Source: Clostridia bacterium (GTDB lineage: Bacteria; Bacillota; Clostridia; Christensenellales; DTU072). From it: a stretch of DNA of 64,000 nucleotides. Numbering within the stretch: position 1 is the stretch's first letter; each line of letters opens with the position of its first letter. The notes beneath the pieces were generated by a model. It saw only the letters and a program-made list of their open reading frames with translations, did not search any database and was not told the origin of the DNA. Shown here one piece after another: positions 56,743 through 64,000 of the stretch. The position numbers and the translations under genes are program-made. The stretch covers positions 27,465 to 91,464 of the forward strand of contig JAEDHK010000007.1 of the NCBI GenBank assembly GCA_016297005.1, read 5' to 3'.

Positions 56743-58854
56743 TTATCCGTTATCCGAGGCGTTCTCGTCCTTGTCGGTTTTTTCCGCTTCGGCCGTTTTT
56801 TCTTCTCGAAGCGTCTGTTCCGTTTCTTCCGGTTTTTGCTCGTTTTCGTCTTTTTCTTTCTTTTCTTCTCCGATAATAATGGTGTCGGCAGGCTCAAAAA
56901 CCGGCTTGATGATCGGCTTTTGTTTAGGCTTCATCTTCTCGTCTTCTTCTTTACGTCTTTGTTGCTTCTGCGCAATAAACTCGTTGATCTCTTCGATGGA
57001 CTTACCTTGGACGAGCATGTCCACTTCGTCCATATAAATGGTTTCGTGCTCGTACAAAAGGCGAACCATGCCGTCGATGACGTTACGATGCTCGTTCAGA
57101 CAATCAAAGGCGCGCTTGTAGTTGATTTCGATGATCTTCTTGATCTCTTCGTCGATAATGGCGGCGCTGTCCTCGCTGTAATTCGTCTGCGTCTGATAGT
57201 CGCGTCCGATAAAGACTTCCTGATCTCCGCCGAAATACATATTGGGGAACTTTTCGCTCATACCCCACTCGCAAACCATCTTACGGGCGATATCGGAAGC
57301 GCGCTTGATATCGTTACTGGCTCCCGTAGAGATATCTTTAATAACGATCTCTTCCGCCGCTCTTCCGCCGAGCATCATGGCGATGGTATCGTTTAATTTA
57401 TTAAAGGTAATATGATTATTGTCGTTTTTCGGAATGCTGAGGGTATATCCCGCCGCCATACCGCGAGGAATGATACTGACTTCCTGCACCTCGTCGCAAT
57501 GCTTCATAAACTTGGCGACGATAGCATGACCCGCTTCGTGATAAGCGGTGATACGCTTGTCGGACTCGGTGATCAGGCGGGACTTCTTCTGCGGACCGGC
57601 AACGACCTTATTGATGCCCTCCGTAATATCTTTCATAAGAATGATCTTGCGGTTATCTCGCGCGGCCAGAATGGCGGCTTCGTTGAGGATATTGGCGATG
57701 TCCGCGCCGGAAAAGCCGCTGGTAAGACGAGCCAGGTTCCGGAAGTCGACTTCGGAAGAGATCGGTTTGTTGCGGGCATGCACTTTAAAGATAGCTTCGC
57801 GACCTTTAACGTCGGGAATATTGACGTAAATCTGTCGGTCAAAACGGCCGGGACGCATTAAAGCGGGGTCAAGAATATCGGCCCGGTTGGTCGCGGCCAT
57901 GACGATGATGCCGTCGTTAGACTCAAAACCGTCCATCTGAACGAGGAGCTGATTAAGCGTCTGTTCTCTTTCATCGTTGCCGCCGCCCAGTCCTGCGCCT
58001 CTTTGACGTCCTACGGCGTCGATCTCGTCGATAAAGATGATACAGGGCATATTCTTTTTTGCCTGCGCAAACAAATCACGCACGCGGCTTGCGCCTACGC
58101 CGACGAACATTTCTACAAAGTCGCTGCCCGAAATGGAGAAGAACGGCACGTCCGCCTCGCCCGCGACGGCTTTGGCAAAAAGCGTTTTTCCCGTTCCGGG
58201 AGGGCCAACGAGAAGCACGCCGCGCGGTATTTTTGCGCCGATCGCAGTAAACTTCTTCGGATTTTTCAGAAAGTCGACGATCTCTTTCAGTTCCGTCTTT
58301 TCTTCTTCGGCTCCGGCCACGTCGCTGAAACGTACTTTAACGTTGGTAGAAACGCGGGTCTTGGTCTTACCGAAATTCATAGCGTTGCCGCCGGCGCCGC
58401 CTTTACGGATCGAAATGATCAGAAAGACGCCGAGCGCGGCGATGAGAACGAACGTCATGATAGACGCAAAAGTCGTCCAACCCGACCCGGAATTGGGATT
58501 ATTGAGAGTAATTTTCGGTTGAGAAGCCAAAATCTCGGCTTTTTTTGCCGCGTCGGTTTCTGCCTCAGCCAGTTCATCATAGTATTTTTTTACTTCGTCG
58601 CCGAGAGTCCGGGATACGACCATGACGAAATATTGCGATGTTTTTTCTCCGTCTTTTATCGTAACGATGGCTTTATAACTGTCCTGAAAGGTAATTTCCT
58701 GCACCTTACCCGCGCGGATATCCGTCCACAATTCCGAATAGGACTTGGTGGGCGTCCTGTTCATCTGACTGTAAATGATCATCGCCACGGCAACGATCAG
58801 AACGATGGCGATCACCGTAAAAATAATCGCTCTTCTGCTATTTCTTTTTTCCAC
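56743..58854 (-). CDS. ftsH: ATP-dependent zinc metalloprotease FtsH
   Basis: Walker [12 protein letters not shown] region, HEAGH zinc site, and a K/E-rich C-terminal tail. Confidence 0.95.
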   Translation of the reverse strand: MEKRNSRRAIIFTVIAIVLIVAVAMIIYSQMNRTPTKSYSELWTDIRAGKVQEITFQDSYKAIVTIKDGEKTSQYFVMVVSRTLGDEVKKYYDELAEAETDAAKKAEILASQPKITLNNPNSGSGWTTFASIMTFVLIAALGVFLIISIRKGGAGGNAMNFGKTKTRVSTNVKVRFSDVAGAEEEKTELKEIVDFLKNPKKFTAIGAKIPRGVLLVGPPGTGKTLFAKAVAGEADVPFFSISGSDFVEMFVGVGASRVRDLFAQAKKNMPCIIFIDEIDAVGRQRGAGLGGGNDEREQTLNQLLVQMDGFESNDGIIVMAATNRADILDPALMRPGRFDRQIYVNIPDVKGREAIFKVHARNKPISSEVDFRNLARLTSGFSGADIANILNEAAILAARDNRKIILMKDITEGINKVVAGPQKKSRLITESDKRITAYHEAGHAIVAKFMKHCDEVQEVSIIPRGMAAGYTLSIPKNDNNHITFNKLNDTIAMMLGGRAAEEIVIKDISTGASNDIKRASDIARKMVCEWGMSEKFPNMYFGGDQEVFIGRDYQTQTNYSEDSAAIIDEEIKKIIEINYKRAFDCLNEHRNVIDGMVRLLYEHETIYMDEVDMLVQGKSIEEINEFIAQKQQRRKEEDEKMKPKQKPIIKPVFEPADTIIIGEEKKEKDENEQKPEETEQTLREEKTAEAEKTDKDENASDNG

Positions 58855-58979
58855 GAATAGTTCCTCTGTTTTGAAAATTCTGTTTCACAGTATAGCAAAA
58901 TTATATGCATTTTGCAAGGACAATGAATAAAATGGTTTGTTTTTTATCCTTTACGAGAACTGCTACGCTTGAAAATACA

Positions 58980-59453
58980 TTACGAAGTATAATCTAACCT
59001 TAAAATCGAACATAAAAGAAAAATTTTTGCGGCAATTTTTTCGGCCAGCTCTTCCACGCAATTTTTATCCGCGCCGGATAAGGAGCCGAAGTTGTCCTTT
59101 CCGCTTTCTCCCACGATCCCCAGAAAGGCCACGTCGCCCACTCGTCCCAATTCCTTTTTTAACGCCGTGCCCGCTTTCAACCCTTTCAGACTGTATTTGA
59201 CCTTCCCTACTTCTTCTTTGCGGCCGAGGCATGCGTCGACGGCAATGATCATGCTGTCCGGATGAAAAACGCGTACGTGTTCCAGATAGGAACGGAAATT
59301 GAGCCCCGTTACGGGGGAATCGGTAGTGCCGTAAACGTAGGCGGGCACGTCGTAGGCTTGCTTTAAACGATCTCCCACCCTCGGGCCTAAACTGTCTCCG
59401 CAGATTTTCGGCGTTCCAACGCAAAAAACGACGGGATATCTTCCTTTCTTCAT
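58980..59453 (-). CDS. yyaC: Spore protease YyaC family protein
   Basis: VVFCVGTPKICGDSLGPRVGDRL resembles the YyaC/GPR-like N-terminal block. Confidence 0.65.
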   Translation of the reverse strand: MKKGRYPVVFCVGTPKICGDSLGPRVGDRLKQAYDVPAYVYGTTDSPVTGLNFRSYLEHVRVFHPDSMIIAVDACLGRKEEVGKVKYSLKGLKAGTALKKELGRVGDVAFLGIVGESGKDNFGSLSGADKNCVEELAEKIAAKIFLLCSILRLDYTS

Positions 59454-59531
59454 AAGCAGATTTTTGCCATCGAAAGGAAAAATTATACAGCGAGCTCGGA
59501 AGGTCGGACGTCGCTATTCCCATAAAAGACC

Positions 59532-59560
59532 TTGACTAAGTATTTTACTATGTGTATAAT
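59532..59560 (+). promoter_or_regulatory. Promoter TTGACT-17-TATAAT for the cvpA-like/1151-aa operon
   Basis: Read directly. A GGAGG SD follows. Confidence 0.55.
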
Positions 59561-59597
59561 TTATATAAGTATACCTTAAATACGGAGGTAAATCCTG

Positions 59598-60470
59598 ATG
59601 AACAATTCTATGATAGGTCTGATCGTCGACGCGGCAGTCGTCCTCGTGGTGGTCCTTCTGATTATTTTCGGAACTTGGCGCGGAATGTACAAACTGATCT
59701 TCGGCCTAGTGTCCGGCTTGCTTTCCATTGTCCTTGCCATCGTCCTGGTCGGTACGGTCACGAATTTTGTCGTAGAAAAAACAGAGTTGGAAACGGCTCT
59801 GAACAACGCCTTGAATCCATCCATCGTAAAAGTAATCCCCGCCGATCTGAATGCGGAAAAAGTGCACGTCGTCTTTTCCGATGAAAACGGCGTTTCCGTC
59901 GTCGATGACGAAACGGGTACCATATACGAATCCATAAGCGCTTACGTCGAGCAATCGGGCAGCTCGTTAAAACCCGTTGCCTCCCTCCTCGACTCCCTGA
60001 CCAATAACGAAAGCGTCCGCGCGAGTTATACCTCGACCGACGAAAACGGCGAAACGATTTTTCAGTCGCCTACTCTTGCAGACCTTCTTTGCGTTACTAT
60101 CACGACGTATATTCTGCTCGCGATAGTCTTTATTGCGTTATGGATCGTCGCGTACGTCGTACTGCGCCTGTTGATGCTTCTTCTCAAAAAGATCGTCACG
60201 CACACGTACGTGGGACACTTCGTCAATAAGTTGATCGGTTTTGTGATCGGCGCGGCCATCGGCATGATCGTTGTCTGGGGCACGCTCGCCGTAATACGTC
60301 TCCTCGGCACTTATACCTGGATCATCCCCGTCAATAACGTCATCGGCAGTTCTACGTTGACCAAATGGCTTTATGATAACAACTATCTTTATACTTTCCT
60401 TGTCGAAACAATGAACCTGCAAGAAACCATCGCGTCGATCGTCGGATCCTTCTCCGGCGGCGGACAATAA
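59598..60470 (+). CDS. CvpA-like membrane protein with a ~90-aa extracytoplasmic insert
   Basis: The N-terminus IDAAVVLVVVLLIIFGTWRGMYKLIFGLVSGLLS resembles CvpA. 290 aa. Confidence 0.5.
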   Translation: MNNSMIGLIVDAAVVLVVVLLIIFGTWRGMYKLIFGLVSGLLSIVLAIVLVGTVTNFVVEKTELETALNNALNPSIVKVIPADLNAEKVHVVFSDENGVSVVDDETGTIYESISAYVEQSGSSLKPVASLLDSLTNNESVRASYTSTDENGETIFQSPTLADLLCVTITTYILLAIVFIALWIVAYVVLRLLMLLLKKIVTHTYVGHFVNKLIGFVIGAAIGMIVVWGTLAVIRLLGTYTWIIPVNNVIGSSTLTKWLYDNNYLYTFLVETMNLQETIASIVGSFSGGGQ

Positions 60471-60486
60471 TTAATGGAGGCTTCGC

Positions 60487-63400
60487 ATGAAATTCTTGGG
60501 CAGTTTTTTGGGGAAATTAATCCGCTTTTTGCTCGCCGTTCTACTCGGCGTCGTCCTTACGCTCGGCGGTATCGTCGGAGCCGGATACTATGCTCTCATG
60601 ACCAAAGGAATGATGGGTACCGTCTCGGACAAGGTCGGCAGTTCTGCGGGCTTTACGCTTGAATTTACCGACGAAGTACGCGACATGAGCCTCCTCGAGT
60701 GGGGAAAAGGCCTCCTCGACCTTACTTCTCGCCTTACCTCCGACAACGGCACCACGATTGGAGAATTGGAAACGTACATAGGCGTCGACAAAATAAGTTC
60801 TTCTTTGTCGGACGTCCTGAAAATCGACCGGGACGTCATAAAAAAGGCCTCTCTTACCGGTTCCGAGACCGGTCTTGCCGCCGTTCTGATGAAAGAAATG
60901 ACAATGACCTCTCTTGTCGAAATGGTCGGAGAAGAAAACAACTTTCTGCCCGATCTGCCCCTTTTTAAAGACGAAAACGAATTTATGCACAAGCCCCTGA
61001 AAGAGGCTTTCTCTCATCTGACCGATTATACTATCGGGGACTTCATCGAAGTAAAAGAGGACTCGGCAAGCGTTATCAAGGCTATCTCCGCCATTAAGAT
61101 CTCGGAAGTGAGCGAAAGTTTACCTACCCTTCCGATCGGAGACTTCATCGACCAGACGGAAGACGCGCACCCGGTTATCAAAGCCATCGCCGATCTGAGC
61201 ATCAACGATCTCGGCACGTCGAAACTGACCGAGGCCATCAATAAGATGAAACTTTCGGAAGTGCTTACCGGCATGGACGAGAACACTACCAATAAGGTGC
61301 TTTTTTCTTTAAAAGACACCACGATCGGAGAATTATCCGGTTCGGAAACGGACAAACTGATCAAATCGATGTTCCTTTGCGAAATTATGGATATCGACGC
61401 TTCTTCCAATCGTACGTTGCAGACGCTGGAACACGCTTGCATCGCTTCTCAGTACGTCGTGCTCGAATCCCCGACGATCAACGACGGATATGCGTACGTT
61501 CCCGGCGAAAATTACTCTTTGATCAGCCGAAACACGGACAACAGCTGTTACGTACTGTATTATCCGGAAGAAACCGTTTATACTTGCGTGAAAGACGGAG
61601 ACATCATTCCCGTACGCAACGACGGCTATCCCGTTTCTTACCGCGTCTATCGCCCGACATACTCTTTGAGCGACGGAAAGACGACCGTTAACGGCGTTAC
61701 GTTTACCGCCGTTCCGGACGAAAACGGTAATCCCTTCGTCTCCGGAGGAAATACGCTCGTCGGCGCTACTCTGTACGTCAACCGGAAGGACGCTACGTTG
61801 TCCGAAAAAGACGGCACGGTCACTACAAAAAACCGCTATCATTGCCTTTACGACGAAGACGGGCATTACCTCTTCATAAACGGTTTTGACGACGCTACCC
61901 CCAAAGGCGCGCTCTACCTCCCCTCTTCTTGCGTCGGCGCGATCGACGTTGATACGAGAGTGGTTTCTTCTTTGACCGAACATAAGATCTCCGACGCGCA
62001 GTATCTCGATTGCAAAGCGATCAGGACGAGCGAAACCTATACGAGCGGAGAAAATACTCTTCCCGTTTATCGTTACTACCCGCTCGAAGGTATCAACGAA
62101 AAAATGAACGATCTGACGCTCGGAGGCGTTATTGACATCACGGAAAGTTCGCCGAAACTTCTGAAAAGCCTACGCGACACGAAGATCACTCAGATGGGCT
62201 CCAAGATCGACTCCATGACTCTCGGAGAAATGGTCGACGTTGGTTCTTCCAAGTTACTTCAAAGTCTTGCCGATACCACGTTGAATGGTTTCAGCGACAA
62301 AATAAACACCCTCTTCATCGACGAGATCATCACTTTGGACGAAAACAGTTCTCAGATGATTCGCTCTCTGCGCTACGCGACGCTGGACAGTCAGATAGAA
62401 TATCTGAACCCCGCCGATCTCACGCCTTCGGATTCTTTGGCGACGGCCGACGCCGCCTTCTACCACGCGCAGGAAGCGCCCGAGTACGCCAATTACGAAA
62501 AAGCGGATAAAACGGTCGTCAATCGTTATTATTACAGCATAAACGGCGGATTGGTAGAAAACGCGTACGTTCTGTACTTTGATGAAAACGACGAAGAAAA
62601 AACGCAAGGCACCGATAAGGCTTATTACAAAACGCGTTCATACGAACAAAGAAATTATTCTTATATAGATCTGTCCACGTTGACCTTGCCGGAGGACGTA
62701 AACAAAGCGATCGGCGAAAACCAATCCATTCTCGACGCGCAAGAAGCAGATAAAACCTATTATTATAAAGTCAATGAAGCCGGAGCGATCGAAGCGACCT
62801 ATATCCTCGCTCTGATTGACGGCCGGCCGGAAACGGATCCGGGCGACCCGACGAAGTCCCGCGTCTATACGGTAACGGAAAAACACAATCGACCGATGAT
62901 GGGGCTGTCCGATAAAACCAACGAACTGACGCTCGGCGACGTATTCAGCGCCGAAACGCTTGAAAAAGGTGTTCTTGGCTTGATTGACGCAAAGACCAAA
63001 CTCAATAACATCTCGAGTCAGGTCGCCGAGGCGGTACAGAACTCCACCGTTGCCATTCTTGCCGATACCGGCGTCATCTCCAAGAGTACTTTTACCGGAG
63101 GCGATTTCAGCGCCCTGTCGAAAGAAAGAAAGTGCTTTATCTATAACAGTTCTATGACGGATATGCTAAACGGCATGATCGGTTTTATCGCGCATCCGCT
63201 CCTTGATCCGTCAGATCCGAACTATCTGCTAAATCCGATTGATTATAGCAAGGTCAGTCCCAAGCACGTTGATATCGAAGCAACGACGTTCGGTTCTCTG
63301 ACGCAATTCGTCGCGACCTATTCTCAATATAACGAACTGGAATTTACCGGCGGAGCTGTGACCGTCACCGTCGATACGTCCGACGGCTCGGACGATAACA

Positions 63401-63942
63401 GGTTGTGGGGGAGAGACGTCAACGGCGACGGCAGTATCGATTACTACGCTATCCCGATGTTCTCTCTCGTGGGCACGAACGGCGTCGTTTTTGAAGATAC
63501 AACGTCAGCGGCAGTAAACGTATTTATCGCCGTCTATAACGTCAGATTGGAAAAGACGGCTATCGAAACCTCATATACGTCTTTGTGCGATTTCGTCAAC
63601 GCCTACCGGCAGTACGACGAGCTCACTTTGAGTGGCGACGTGACCGTCACCGTCAATACGTCGGACGGTTCCGAAGATGTTCTTAGCTGGGGCGTGGATT
63701 CCGACAACGACGGCGTGATCGATTACTTTAATATCCCAACCTATTCTACGGACGGTTCTTATACGATCACTTTCGAGGACGCCGGACATAACGGCGTTAC
63801 CGTCAATCCCATTTGCTTCGACCATTTGCCGAACAGGTACACAACCTATCATCAACATCAGGTCGGCTACTATTACGACTCAACGGGCACTTCTTCGATT
63901 AGTCCCGAATCGACCAACTTGAAGATCGAAAAAGTCGGATAA
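60487..63942 (+). CDS. Large (1151 aa) N-terminally anchored repeat protein
   Basis: GGAGG SD 16 nt after the upstream stop. N-terminal TM helix. About 9 degenerate T-x-G-[DE]-[LFV]-I...L-K-[AS]-L repeats. C-terminal tandem ~96-aa duplication with DxNGDGxIDY loops. Confidence 0.7.
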   Translation: MKFLGSFLGKLIRFLLAVLLGVVLTLGGIVGAGYYALMTKGMMGTVSDKVGSSAGFTLEFTDEVRDMSLLEWGKGLLDLTSRLTSDNGTTIGELETYIGVDKISSSLSDVLKIDRDVIKKASLTGSETGLAAVLMKEMTMTSLVEMVGEENNFLPDLPLFKDENEFMHKPLKEAFSHLTDYTIGDFIEVKEDSASVIKAISAIKISEVSESLPTLPIGDFIDQTEDAHPVIKAIADLSINDLGTSKLTEAINKMKLSEVLTGMDENTTNKVLFSLKDTTIGELSGSETDKLIKSMFLCEIMDIDASSNRTLQTLEHACIASQYVVLESPTINDGYAYVPGENYSLISRNTDNSCYVLYYPEETVYTCVKDGDIIPVRNDGYPVSYRVYRPTYSLSDGKTTVNGVTFTAVPDENGNPFVSGGNTLVGATLYVNRKDATLSEKDGTVTTKNRYHCLYDEDGHYLFINGFDDATPKGALYLPSSCVGAIDVDTRVVSSLTEHKISDAQYLDCKAIRTSETYTSGENTLPVYRYYPLEGINEKMNDLTLGGVIDITESSPKLLKSLRDTKITQMGSKIDSMTLGEMVDVGSSKLLQSLADTTLNGFSDKINTLFIDEIITLDENSSQMIRSLRYATLDSQIEYLNPADLTPSDSLATADAAFYHAQEAPEYANYEKADKTVVNRYYYSINGGLVENAYVLYFDENDEEKTQGTDKAYYKTRSYEQRNYSYIDLSTLTLPEDVNKAIGENQSILDAQEADKTYYYKVNEAGAIEATYILALIDGRPETDPGDPTKSRVYTVTEKHNRPMMGLSDKTNELTLGDVFSAETLEKGVLGLIDAKTKLNNISSQVAEAVQNSTVAILADTGVISKSTFTGGDFSALSKERKCFIYNSSMTDMLNGMIGFIAHPLLDPSDPNYLLNPIDYSKVSPKHVDIEATTFGSLTQFVATYSQYNELEFTGGAVTVTVDTSDGSDDNRLWGRDVNGDGSIDYYAIPMFSLVGTNGVVFEDTTSAAVNVFIAVYNVRLEKTAIETSYTSLCDFVNAYRQYDELTLSGDVTVTVNTSDGSEDVLSWGVDSDNDGVIDYFNIPTYSTDGSYTITFEDAGHNGVTVNPICFDHLPNRYTTYHQHQVGYYYDSTGTSSISPESTNLKIEKVG

Positions 63943-64000
63943 CGTTTTTCTTCAAAAACTTTTTATCAAAATAAAAGACTGCTTCGTAAACAAGAAGCAG

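Overview
This is a 64-kb chromosomal segment from a Firmicutes/Clostridia-like bacterium. The taxonomic call rests on gene content only: yyaC, DUF1540, RqcP/YabO, and two FeoA plus FeoB plus a Cys-rich FeoB partner. GC is roughly 50% by eye. I call about 50 protein genes, about 80% of them on the minus strand. I saw no rRNA, tRNA, CRISPR array, transposase or integrase. The core genes are parB, rsmG, queH, feoA-feoA-feoB, lgt-iorA-iorB, a polar amino-acid ABC importer, a PlsC-like acyltransferase, a 4-gene Gfo/Idh/MocA-ThuA-TIM-barrel cassette, metK-recD2-comFC, rpoB-rpoC, rqcP-ispDF, rplI, ppiB, rmuC, ftsH and yyaC. The most unusual items are listed here.
1. The ABC importer has a solute-binding lipoprotein whose two halves are in swapped order (circular permutation).
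2. The ATPase of the same importer carries a ~115-aa helical insertion in its helical subdomain.
3. Sense codons TTA/CTA/TCA are nearly absent, which produces very long codon-aligned antisense ORFs (up to 918 codons).
4. Several near-consensus promoters sit directly against ATG codons that have no Shine-Dalgarno, suggesting leaderless mRNAs.
5. FeoB carries a ~145-aa acidic repeat insertion.
6. Two tandem HtrA-like lipoproteins carry tail-fibre-like N-terminal repeats.
7. A small foreign islet encodes DUF5131 plus a CAT-family acetyltransferase.
8. An XRE-operator-membrane protein module has foreign codon usage.
9. Several giant or orphan membrane-anchored surface proteins are present (2201, 1151, 500, 490 and 411 aa).
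Everything is inferred by eye from the sequence and the ORF track. No searches were run.
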